From the NCBI GenBank assembly GCA_040954595.2, contig CM082578.2, positions 2,524,831 to 2,588,830 of the forward strand: 64,000 bases of DNA. The letters run 5' to 3'. Position 1 is the first letter of the stretch, and each line of letters starts with the position of its first letter. Both the position numbers and the translations under genes were made by a program. The DNA comes from Balanoglossus misakiensis. Taxonomy: Eukaryota; Animalia; Hemichordata. Under the pieces are notes generated by a model. The model had not been told where the DNA came from. It made no database searches and saw only the letters and a program-made list of their open reading frames with translations. Positions 35,737 to 46,979 of the stretch are shown here, piece after piece.

Positions 35737-38441
35737 ATTATTATTATTATTATTATTAAGAATTGTTTAAAATGCGCTACACATACGTCTCAGCGCATTG
35801 TACATAGCTAAAAGGGTAGATTAAAAAATACAAGGCTGGTAAAAATAGTTAAAAGGACACAATCGAACACGTTACACATAAAACCGAGTAAAAAGGTATG
35901 TTTTCAAATTACGCTTAAAAATATTGACACTTCTGGCGGTTTTGATATCAAGGGGTAAATTGTTCCATAAAATGGGCGCACAAACTGAAAAAGCTCTCTG
36001 TCCGTAGGTTTTGTTAAATTTACCATGAGGATGAGTTAAAAAGAATTGAACACTAGAGCGCAGTTCTCGAGCTGGTACATATAAATGTAAAAGATCAGTC
36101 AAATAGGCGGGTGCCTTACCACTGATACATTTGAATGTGAGCAAGAGAATTTTAAAACTGATGCGGGCCTCTACCGGTAGCCAGTGTAAATCTTTGAGTA
36201 TGGGTGTGATATGATCGGACTTGCGCGTACGAGTAACTAGCCTCGCCGCAGCATTCTGTAGAGACTGAAGTCGAGCTAGATGTCCCTTCGGGATACCAAA
36301 CAAAAGACTATTACAGTAATCTAAATGAGACGTTACAAATGCATGAACTAGTTTCTCAGTTGTAGATCTGTCAAGAAGATTACGAATTTTAGCTATTCTA
36401 TGCAAAGAGAAGAAACCATTTTTGCACAGCTTACTAATATGATCAGACATGCTACCATCCTGACTTAAAATAACGCCGAGATTTTTAACTGAAACTGAAG
36501 GAATTATGTCACATTGTCCGATTCTTAGACAGTCTAATGTTGTCACATTAGATTTTAAACGTGATGAAAAGTGAATAACTTCAGTTTTATCATCATTCAG
36601 TACAAGCATGTTAGATTTCATCCAGCTGCGGATATCATCGACGCAGAGCTCAATGTTATTGCAAACATCGTTAGGGCTGTTGCAGATGGCATAAATTTGC
36701 GTATCGTCCGCGTATATCATGCAATCAATCCCGTGTTTTCCGAAGATGTCTTCCAGAGGTGCAGTGTAGAGTGTAAACATGAGAGGTCCTAGAACAGATC
36801 CTTGTGGAACGCCATATTTCATGCGAGAACTTGGGGATGATGCAGATCCAACCTTGACGCACTGTTGGCGATTAACGAGGTACGAACGAAACCACGATAA
36901 AGTGTTACCAGTTATTCCAAAACGATGATGTAGTCTCTGTAGCATTATTTCATGATCGATAGTGTCAAACGCCGCTGATAAATCTAACATGATAAGAATT
37001 ACATCCTGTTTGTTATTCAAGGCAAGCATGATGTCATTGTGGACACGCAAGAGAGCAGTTTCCGTGCTATGATTAGCACGGTAAGCACTTTGAAACTTTG
37101 TGAAAAGACTAAATTTAGTGAGGTGACTGTTCAGTTGCTGAACGACTACACGCTCGAGGAGTTTTGACAAGAACGGAAGGTTTGAAACCGGTCTGTAGTT
37201 CTTCAGAATGTTCTGATCCAGATCAACTTTCTTTAACAATGGACGAATTATCGCTGACTTGAAATGACTCGGCACGATGCCAGCTGTGAGCGAATTGTTG
37301 AAAAGATCAGCAAGGAAAGGTGCTAAGATGTGTACGCAATTCTTCAACACTCCATATGGTAGAATGTCGAGTTCACAAGATTTCGGTGGTGATTGTTTCA
37401 CTAACGCAATTATATCCCCAGGTGACACTGGGTCAAATTCCGCGAAAGTATGAGTCGGTGTTATGTCAGCCTCACAGCTGTGCGGTTGTGGACCAATCCT
37501 GTCACGGAGTTGCAACACCTTGTTTTCAAAATAATTCATGAAGGCTGATGGAATTTCTTTTGTTGGTACGTTGTTCGGAATGGAGTTGGATAATGCTTTT
37601 CTCGAATCGGACAGTTCTGCAACAATCGCAAACAATTTCTTGTTATCTGCGTCTTCAATTCTAATCCGGTGATAGTCTGTTTTTAATGCGTCACATCGGC
37701 GTGAATATTCCATGCGCTTAAAAATGAACATTTGGCGATCGATTTCCAAATTTGATTTACGCCAATTTATTTCCAGTCGACGTAACTCTTTTCTCATAGT
37801 TAGTAAATCCTCAGAGAACCATGGTGCACGCACTTTATTTAAGACTGATTTGCTTTTGACGGGGGCGACCTCATCAAGGGCGTCGGTAACAACTCCATGG
37901 AAATAATGGTACAAATCGTCTGGGTTGGTAATGCTGGGAAGATTGGGCATTTCGGATGAGAGTATATCGACCAGCTTATCAGTGTTCATTGTACGAAAGT
38001 CACGTTGTGTAATTGTTACCTTGGTGTTGGGCGATCGCTGAACATTAAGTCCAAAATATAAAATACTATGATCAGAGTTTAGCGAGTCGTCGGATCTGAT
38101 TGAGTGAAGCAGGTGCTCTGATGAACGTGTTATAAGTAGATCCAATGTGTGGCCTTTGCTGTGTGTTGGTATCTTAACGTGCTGTTGTAGGCCAAAGGAT
38201 TGAAGAAGGTCGACCAACTTACTTGTGTCCGGAGAACTCATGTTCTCGACTGGAAAATTAAAATCTCCAGCAACTAAGAGATGGCCCGAGGAAGGTACGG
38301 CTGTTTCCATAAGAGTGGAAAAATCAGAGATGAAGTCGTTTGTGGTCGCCTTATTTTTTGTCGATTTTGGTGGACGGTAGACGGCGATTATGCGGAGAGT
38401 CTGACTTGAGGATTTAAATGTTACGTGTAACGATTCGAAGG
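35737..38441 (-). mobile_element. 5'-truncated L2/CR1-group LINE inserted inside the AcademH element
   Basis: (TAA)n tail at about 35737-35758; absent from the colinear MITE at 42288-42689; APE and RT reading frame. Confidence 0.93.
35872..38439 (-). CDS. LINE ORF2 (partial APE endonuclease plus reverse transcriptase), uninterrupted
   Basis: VYRPP, GDFN, TLDL, SDH (APE); NYRPVSNL, DLSAAFDTIDH, GVPQGSVLGP, YADD (RT); HITPILKDLHWLP, RAFS..AP.LWN.LP, LKTYLF C-terminus typical of the L2 group. Confidence 0.95.
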   Translation of the reverse strand, partial: FESLHVTFKSSSQTLRIIAVYRPPKSTKNKATTNDFISDFSTLMETAVPSSGHLLVAGDFNFPVENMSSPDTSKLVDLLQSFGLQQHVKIPTHSKGHTLDLLITRSSEHLLHSIRSDDSLNSDHSILYFGLNVQRSPNTKVTITQRDFRTMNTDKLVDILSSEMPNLPSITNPDDLYHYFHGVVTDALDEVAPVKSKSVLNKVRAPWFSEDLLTMRKELRRLEINWRKSNLEIDRQMFIFKRMEYSRRCDALKTDYHRIRIEDADNKKLFAIVAELSDSRKALSNSIPNNVPTKEIPSAFMNYFENKVLQLRDRIGPQPHSCEADITPTHTFAEFDPVSPGDIIALVKQSPPKSCELDILPYGVLKNCVHILAPFLADLFNNSLTAGIVPSHFKSAIIRPLLKKVDLDQNILKNYRPVSNLPFLSKLLERVVVQQLNSHLTKFSLFTKFQSAYRANHSTETALLRVHNDIMLALNNKQDVILIMLDLSAAFDTIDHEIMLQRLHHRFGITGNTLSWFRSYLVNRQQCVKVGSASSPSSRMKYGVPQGSVLGPLMFTLYTAPLEDIFGKHGIDCMIYADDTQIYAICNSPNDVCNNIELCVDDIRSWMKSNMLVLNDDKTEVIHFSSRLKSNVTTLDCLRIGQCDIIPSVSVKNLGVILSQDGSMSDHISKLCKNGFFSLHRIAKIRNLLDRSTTEKLVHAFVTSHLDYCNSLLFGIPKGHLARLQSLQNAAARLVTRTRKSDHITPILKDLHWLPVEARISFKILLLTFKCISGKAPAYLTDLLHLYVPARELRSSVQFFLTHPHGKFNKTYGQRAFSVCAPILWNNLPLDIKTARSVNIFKRNLKTYLFTRFYV

Positions 38442-38861
38442 ACTAAGCGACCCTGATCGTTGCCAGGGCTACTATCTTTCCGCTCAGCAGGAAGTTACTC
38501 CACTGTCCCCGGGCGTTGTATTCTAGATTCTAGATCAACGCCCGCGTCTCCGGGCTAAGGTAATACATACCAGGTTCACACAGGATAAATTTTGAGATGG
38601 TTCTGAAGCTTTTCAGATAAGATACCGTCTTAAAAAAACATGTGTGGACGGTGTATAGTGGTTCTGAAACGGCTTAGATTTGAGACGGCTTTGCCGGTCA
38701 GACCTGAGCCGGTGTAAGGATTAACACCTCTCCGTAACCCATTGTCTATGGGACTGAGCCTATACATAAACTTTGTGTGTGAGGACACAATGCGACTCAA
38801 AGGATTAATGCATAATAAATCTCCTATATTATTACGATTATTATTAATTTCAATAACTTAC

Positions 38862-41800
38862 TTATGTCAAGATAGATAAGCACTGCTTCACCATGGCAAC
38901 CCTGAGGTCCTTTAAAGTAACAATGCTCATGCAATTCCAAATCATTCAGATATGGCATCATGGCACCATACATTGGGACCAACCACTGACAGCAAATGCC
39001 ATTGCAATCTGTAAGGAATAATAATAAAATTGATTGGTTGGTTGGATGGATGGATGGATGGATGGACTTGACTGAACGACCGACTGACTGGCCTTGGTGG
39101 GACTGACTGAAGGAATGGATGATGGATGGATGGATGGATCGATCGATTGATCGATCGATGGAACGATGGATAGATAGATGGATGTCTGACTGAATGAATG
39201 ACCGACAGACTGGACTTGATTGGACTGGAATTGATTGGACTGACTGACTGAATGATGGAATGAATGAATGAATGAATGAATGAATGAATGAATGAATGAA
39301 TGAATGAATGAATGAATGAATGAATGAATGAATGAATGAATGAATGAATGAATGAATGAATGAATGAACTCTTTAACTGGTAGCACCAGTAGGACACAAA
39401 ATAATTTACCTTCTTATGTATATATCATGACTAGGAATACGAACAGACAGTGGCACATGTACATGTATGCAAAACCCTAAGCATAACCAACAAGCAGCGA
39501 AATACTAATATAGCTACAGGGTAGTACATGTAGTTCAAAGCAGACATTATGCTTTGTAGCACCATAGGAAATTTGAGCGAAGTCGATCCATTGAATCTGA
39601 TAAAAGGAATTGTAATTTGTACAAAAGCATCTCAAACTCATGAAGGAAATTTTCAATAGAGGCAACTGTTACAAGATAATTTATTTTCACGTTCTCATAT
39701 TTCACTGCATCGTTATCACCCAAAAACATTTTTTGGCTCTTGCATAGTTCGTGAAAATTTATCGTTCGCAAAAATTTCTCGTTTTACAGTTTTTCTCGAT
39801 TTATTTACACAGATGCTTTTGTTTATACTGTGGTCCATTGAAATTCTGTGTTTCACCTGTTGTAATGACAGGAACACACTACCTAAAATACAATTTGCTT
39901 TTAAACTTTGTGCAATGCCCAGATAGTACCATGCCATTTCTTGTTACCTTGAATTGACTCTGGGGGAAATCCGTGGTCACATACTGCTTTGCAACAGTGA
40001 CAACTTTCCGGAAGTTTGCCATATCAATAACCGAGAACGCCGTCTGGTGACCATACACATCACAACCACCCAGATGATAGATGTAGTTCTCACCATCCAC
40101 CAGTTTGCATTCATTATGGACCAACCTTGAGTTCAGGCCATCATTGCTTTCGCTCCATAAATTCATCCTACAAGTACAAAATAATACAAAGTTTCCCTCA
40201 TAACGGATGCATCAATTTACTGTAAATCACTTTATTTTCGCGAGCAATTAATTTTCGCAAAATACAAATGTACGCTAGAGCCAAAATAGCGTGAAAATAA
40301 AAAGGCGCGTTAATTTTTTTCGAAGATAATAATGCAGTGAATGAAATAAGAGAACGCAAAAATTAATACTCGCGAAACAGTGGCCTCTCTCGATATCGCG
40401 AAAATTTTAACTCGTGTTTTACAGTATAACTCATGTACACTAAATACATGCTAAATTAACAAGGGAAACCAAACAAAGACATGGTCCAGTCATTCTGGTA
40501 GAAAATTGCCACAGCATGACAAACACTCTGATCTATAAAGCTATACTGTACAAAACATTATTTGCCTACTACTGAATCTATGAAACTCTACTGTACAATG
40601 TCAGTACACACAAACCACAGCAAAGACACACTTTGTAAATCACACTAAATACATCATATGATTGAATGAAAAATCCCATGTGTAAAGGAGAAAATCCATT
40701 TCATTAAAGGAGGTAACTGCCTCAAAAATCAAGTACACACACTGGCAAGACACACAAAGTCATTGATAACATCAAATGCACTACTCGCAACCTTATCTAC
40801 ATTATCACCTGCCAGAAATGCCTAAAACAATACATAGGCGAAACAAAAAGAGAATTCAAACGATGCCTATATGAACACATCTACACCATCAAAAATAACA
40901 AACCCACACCTATCTCAGAACACTTTAATTTAACCAACCCGGTTACAACCTCAGTCAATTTCACGCATTCCCCACGCTGATTCAACTCTCCCGCCTAGGG
41001 TATACGTTTGTGGTAGCTCCATGGTAACAGCCGCAAGGGGCCAGATCATGTGATAATTGGCATACCTATCGTTCGCTATAAGGCGCCATCTGATTGGTTT
41101 ACTGGCCCAGTAAAGCTTGAGATTTCAACGGGAGCTTCAGTGGGAGTTGGTCAGATGTAGTGTGAGGCGACAGCTTAAAAAAACGTACCATATAAGTAAA
41201 AGACGTCGCCATTCCCTACACCTGATTTTAATCAGATTGGCTCTGAAACTGTTGCATCATTTTACCAACATTTTGATGGGGTGGTAAATTAATTCAATAA
41301 ATAATTAATTAAATAAATAAGACAGCTCATTTTGTTGACAAATAAATGATGCAAAGTCATGGACTGTGGTTAAATCAAAGAATCATATTCCTCGACATCA
41401 AATGACGTCAGACGCGCTCAGGCGCAGATACGTTGGCATTCAAATTTCCAGATGACAGGCAACTTTAGCAAAGTGGTGCAGATAAAGACTGTGTACGCTA
41501 GACGAAACGCATGAGGCTGATAAGGAATCATACCTGATACATGTTACGTCTTTGGCGGTTCTAAAGCAAAAACATAATCGGAAAAACTTTTACTGGATGC
41601 TGAAATATTGCTTGCCCATCACCTTGAAATGACAACGCCGTTGTTCACATGGCCAGATCACGTGATTGATAGTAAAGAATTGCATTGAAATCTAAAAATA
41701 AGCCATAGATGTCAACTCACAGCCTCATACTTGCGGATAAGTTCTTGCAGTACTGTGTTATGTTGAATGCAGTTATCCAGTTTGGCAGCTCTACTATGCA

Positions 41801-43998
41801 GCAGTTTGTACAACTCTATGGCAAACTCAGAACCATATGTCTCTCTGAAATCAAGCACAACATACATTTATTGCCAGAAGTCACTTCCATATTATTCATT
41901 CAGTATTATTATAAGGCCAATGTGTAGTTATATATAAAGGGACCTCAATTTGGCGCTGATACATACAAGCATTGTTGATCAGTGTTCTAATTTTCTAACA
42001 TCTGGAAATTGTTGCCTGGTTGTAAACACCATATGCATATATGCACTCCAGAAAACATACCTTAAGACGGTGATATCATCAGTGGCTGAGACCAATGACA
42101 GTGGAGAAATTTCCTGATTTGTACAATGAAATGAATGGATAAGGTGTGTTGGGGAAACTCACTTGGGGAAATAAACATAAATTATACTGTTACCCTTATC
42201 AGTGGCCAGTTAATACAAACAATGACATTAACCCTAACGCTGCCAAGTCAGTTGAAACTGGTTTGATTTCCAGGGTGCCTAGAATCCTAGCCCGGAGACA
42301 CAGGCGTAGTAGGGGAAAGGGAACGCCCGGGGACAGTCTCTATTTACGCACCAAATTCTGTGCGCAGAACGACACGGGTGGTAAATCTTGTGTGTAAGCT
42401 AATTGGTTACTCAATGTAAACCAAATGACATCATCGCATTCTAAATAAGGAAATAGAGGTGGAGTCTTGTGTGAAATTCCCGCGACGGGATGTGGGAATG
42501 GTTTACCAAGCTTTGTTAATTATATCATCCAACCACTGGCGCCCGTCAACATTTGATAGATCACTCGTTATCAATTCGTTACTAAGCGACCCTGATCGTT
42601 GCCAGGGCTACTATCTTTCAGCTCAGCAGGAAGTTACTGGACTGTCCCCGGGCGTTGTATTCTAGATCGACGCCTGTGTCTCCGGGCTACTAGAATCCTG
42701 GCTCCCAGGCCTGTTAGACTGCCAAGTGCGTGTTAATCAGTAGGGCCTATACAAGACCCTCAGACCAATACAGTGCAAACCAGTGCAATTTGATACATTT
42801 TACAGGGGGCTCAGACTGCCACATGTGTCTAAGTACGTATGAGAGCCATGTCAAGACAGTCAAAATACGTTTTAGAAGAAAAAGTGGCAAAAAACGTATT
42901 TAAGGGACTTGACACTCTAAACAGGTATGACAACCAGTTGTGATGGACTGGATTGCACACATGACCAGAACCCTCTTCAAGATACAGAAAAAAGAATCGA
43001 TGGCACTACTATTTCCACAAGATACGATAACAGTTGGTTTCTATGACAACTACAAATCATTTTCATTGACCAATACTTACTTATCCATGAGAAAGAGCAG
43101 TAGAATAAGGTATGCAATCTTGAAAATATCACTCTCAGGATGCTTGGCAATGCGTCTTTGAAATGACTCCCTGTTCATACAGAAAACAAAAATGAATTTT
43201 ACCATACTTTTCCTGCAGTTTGAATTTACTACGTGTACCTCTGAACAATATGAATATTTATTGCAACCAGTAAACTCACAACATACACAGACTGTGATGC
43301 GCAATAAAACTTAAAAGTTTAACTATCAAATGTGTTGGGTTTGCACCTAAAATGTTCAAATTGATACATGTACTCGGAACTTTTTTATCTGAAAAGAACC
43401 GATCCATAATTGGTCACAATTTGGTGTAGATAAAAGTCAACAATTTCCTGGAGATAGATTGTTTGCAGGTATGAAGACAGCAAGTTACTCTATAATCCCT
43501 CAAAGTCACAATAAATGTGTGAGTTGTTGACATTTCATGAGGCACATCTTTTAATAGATGATTTTCTGCTCATCGTAAGATCTTGCAAAGCTTGGTTAGT
43601 TTCCATAGCAACAGGTTGGTAGCCAAGTATCAAATTCAATCAAGCTTTGAATGAACTAGAATAGGTGCAGAATTTCACGACAATTATAATGTGCCATTGA
43701 ACACAATGGGTCATGCGTTGTTTATCCTGTATCACATGAGAGTGCAGGCCTCCCATGTACATTGCCTAGCCATGCGAGATCTTGCAGGGTCTTGTGGTCT
43801 GTGAAAGAAACCCTTACCTGATTGGGGCTGTAGCTTTCCAGCCTTCAGGTACATAGGCACTTTCTTTCACCCGGAATCCATCTGTTAATACTTTCTTTTT
43901 CTGTGCATGACCTTTGGCACCAGACACCCTGACTCCATCTTTTGGATTCTTTCCACCTTTGCCATCAATGGCAGCAGATGCTGTCCTCCTGCCAACAT
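38862..43998 (-). CDS. Unidentified multi-exon gene (internal exons 43998-43818, 43170-43081, 41844-41731, 40167-39948; probable further exons from 39596 and at 39008-38862)
   Basis: Four AG/GT-bounded exons join in frame (...YVPEGWKATAPIR-ESFQRRIAKHPESDIFKIAYLILLLFLMDK-ETYGSEFAIELYKLLH...LIRK-MNLWSES...YHLGGCDVYGHQ...QFK); the last exon needs a 1-nt correction. Confidence 0.65.
39030..39367. repeat. Compound tetranucleotide microsatellite (GGAT/GACT/GAAT)
   Basis: Seen directly; long pure (GAAT)n run at about 39258-39367. Confidence 0.95.
40220..40424. mobile_element. TA-flanked Tc1/mariner-type MITE
   Basis: TA|CTGTAAA...TTTCGCGA and TCGCGAAAA...TTTACAG|TA; related fragment at about 39745-39790. 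Confidence 0.65.
42231..42870 (+). repeat. Dispersed repeat interrupted by the AcademH MITE; inverted uninterrupted paralog at about 59565-59787
   Basis: The reverse complement of 59565-59787 matches both flanks of the MITE. Confidence 0.88.
42288..42689. mobile_element. 402-bp non-autonomous derivative (MITE) of the AcademH element
   Basis: 20-bp TIR TAGCCCGGAGACACAGGCGT; 9-bp TSD CTAGAATCC (42279-42287, 42690-42698); colinear with 25744-25947, 35616-35736 and 38442-38557. Confidence 0.96.
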
Positions 43999-44042
43999 CT
44001 ATCAGAGGAGAAAAATTTTCATGGGGTAATTTTGATTTTTAA

Positions 44043-44460
44043 GGATGTACGTTCAGTAAAATTGAAAGTATTGTCACTTATTTTAATTGTGGATTTTTGG
44101 ATGCTCCTTTGTATTATAATCATGAAAATCTGTGATAAAATATAGGGGTCACCGTGCTTGTTTATGAAATACAGAGCCATGAATTTCGTCAATAATAGAA
44201 GAAAACTGCTGACTCAGTATTTTTCACCAATGGTTTGTCTATGGGCAAAATTATTAACCCAATTCATCTCAAAATAGAGCGCGGTGACCCCTATATTTTA
44301 TTATTTGACCAATGAATTTATATTTGCTGGACTAAGCTATGTGTAAAATTTCGTGAAAATGACAATAGTAGAAGTTTGTTTTCTAGCTATTATCAATGTA
44401 ATCCTATGGGAAAAAGACGGGTGCCTGCAGTTTTCCGGTTTGTGTTCTGCGCGTACATCT
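44043..44460. mobile_element. TTAA-flanked MITE, Kolobok-like
   Basis: TTAA|GGATGTACG ... CGTACATCT|TTAA; internal inverted ATAGGGGTCACCG / CGGTGACCCCTAT. Confidence 0.7.
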
Positions 44461-46979
44461 TTAAAGAGTTTATTACACCTATCAAAATGTATTTTTCATT
44501 GTTTGACCGTAAACTAAAATTGCATTCATGATTTGAATTCTGGTGTCATTTTTTTTATTCTCGTCGATGAATAAATGTTATCCTAATAAATGTTCACCCC
44601 TTCAAAAAAATCTCTGTCTGAACGGCCCCGTTACGTGTGACGTCATTGGGGGCTCTCCTTCGCTTTTAGTCTACAATTCATCGCATCGAGAGGCGTACAT
44701 GTCGTCTACTTGACTTTTATGGCGTCAACGGTAAACACGGTCAGTGACGAGGCAATTTGTTGGGAGAGTATATGATTCAGACAGTAGCGATGGAGAGTTT
44801 TGGGCTCTTCGTCGGTGCTTTCAAGGAAATTCCTGGCCAGGGCCGAACCAGCAAGGCGTGAGGTATCTCCTCAACCTGTTCGGGCTGGTGGGCAACCGTC
44901 GATGCGGAGCGAAGAAATGCCTGCAAGCGCGGGTCCAGATTCGCCTGAATCTTCTCGAGTGGGAAATATAGTTGGTGAATAAGCATCATTTTCTGTTTGT
45001 TTGTTTTTATTTTACAATAAATATGTCCACTAACATGTTCAGGGAGTGGTTCTGTGAAACTCAAATATTCTCGTAGCAGATCTGCCTCCCGATACGGACG
45101 TCTGCGCTCGTCTGGTCACCGATATATACACAAAGAACCCGCGGCACACGGTCCGTACTAAAACATCATTGCTGACATCTCTGTTGTGAAAAAAACGTAA
45201 TGGGACGACAAATTTCATACATAAATATCACAGATAAACTCCCTGTTCACAAGCGACCGGTTACCCAAAACTGGCATAACACCGGTACAGTTCCATTCAT
45301 CATTACCTTTACGGTGATGAAGTGACCTTTTGGCCATTTTGTATGAAGCGCTCCCATTTTTCTCTCAGTCCTTTGCTTTTCGGAAATCTATGTACACTAC
45401 GGATGGTGTTTTTACAGCCCCCGACGACGCATCGTTTGATAATAATGATGGAAACGCGGGACTCTCGCTTTGGGCTAAGCTGTGCAACGATATCACTGTT
45501 TACGTACTGGCAACGACTTCCCCCAAAGACGTCATGTCACGTGGTCTATACGCGGCAAATACGAATTGAGATTTTTTCTGAGGGACATGAATTTCGACGA
45601 TTTTATTAATGAATCATTAATTATAGAAGGTAACAAGTCACTCCGACCCCTGGCCTTTCCGACCCCAGTGATTCACACCTCTTTGTGGTCATCTAGACCC
45701 CTGTGGCCAAGTCACTTAGACCCCTATGTCTATCTCTACTTATTCTCTCGATTTCTTTGAATAAAGCTACTCTATATCTATTGATTGTCATTTTTTTACT
45801 TACACACAAACATTGCTGCCTCCAGCGAACACAGAACGAAGGGAACCTCTTTCATACAACGTACGGATTACATGCTATGCCACGCACGCCGCGCCGCCAT
45901 GTTCGGGCGTGGATAGCTATTGTTCTCACCGTTGGCATGGACCTTACCATTTGTAGCAGGGGTTGTCTAAGTCTCGGGGGTGGGGGGTGTTTACAGTAAA
46001 GAAACGTCCCAGTTTAATTTTACTCACAATTTGTTTTTATTTCCAAATCACGACAGTTTTGATACGAGTAACAACGTCGCGCCATCGCCGGTATACCTTG
46101 ATAACGATCACCGTTGTTCGGGGTAAACCCAAGCTGATCAAAATCTGATTAAAATCAGATGTAGGGAACGGCGACGTTTTTTTTTTACGGAGTTTTTGGT
46201 GACAGGCGCCTGTCACAGATTTTTGAAAACCAAAGCACAGTTCACACAGTCCATTAAATGATTCGTCTTTTCTCCCCCCGAAAAATGAGATGAAACGAAG
46301 TGCAAAATTCTGAAATATTTCTGAGCAACCTCGCTGGCTACATACAATTGTTTTACCGTTTATGTCTGATGTACTACGGCCGCTGCACACTGAGTTGACA
46401 CAATCACCGTGACCTCAACAGTGCGGACACGGACACACTGTAAAATATTTCAAATTTGAATTGAAAGATTTTTTTCAAGATGAACGAATTCATTGCTTAT
46501 TGTGCAATGGTACGGGGAAATACGTTACAACTTAAACCGTGGCCGTAAACACGTAAATTCCTTCAAAGCTTTGGTTTTTTTTTTAAGTTACTAAAAAGGC
46601 GGTCCGATGTCATTGTTCATATTTGGTGAGGTGTTTAACGGTTTCTTTTCGGTGTACATGAAACGTTGCGCTCCTTTGCAGTTGACGGGGAGGCGCACAG
46701 TCATATCAAAAGACAATCAATGGGCGGTGAACTCAATTATTGTTCCATGAAGTGTCACTTAAGGTGTGAAAAAGTGCGGTATCACGTCAACGTCGATCTC
46801 AATGTTTTCTCACTTTAAGGTGTAAAAAGTGCGGTATCACCTCAACTTGAAAGTGATCTTGGTTATAAAATGCCATGTAACAGGCATTTCGATCATTCCA
46901 ACCTTGGTAGTTCATCTACTAACGTTATAGCAAAGTCACATAGCGAAGTCTTGCGTACTACATCGAGCTTATTGCAGTC

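Larger units (their letters stand above)
25744..38557. mobile_element. AcademH-type DNA transposon (helicase plus transposase), 12.8 kb including nested insertions
   Basis: 18-bp TIR TAGCCCGGAGACGCGGGC (25744-25761 / 38540-38557); second subterminal inverted block AACGCCCGGGGACAGT; perfect 9-bp TSD AGGTAATAC (25735-25743, 38558-38566); convergent helicase and transposase genes. Confidence 0.95.

Noticed and set aside
38942-39397. ORFs with FIHS or YVCM repeats (also 62857-63236)
   Set aside because: These are translations of tetranucleotide microsatellites.
38862-43998. Possible RAG2-like kelch protein (PEG and YHLGG motifs)
   Set aside because: Once the intervening helical-looking exons are included the spacing does not fit, and no repeated kelch GG motifs appear.
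44465-44982. Possible start of a Kolobok-like element with a degenerate first exon (MASTVNTVSDE...)
   Set aside because: No matching second terminus or diagnostic domain was found; too weak to call.
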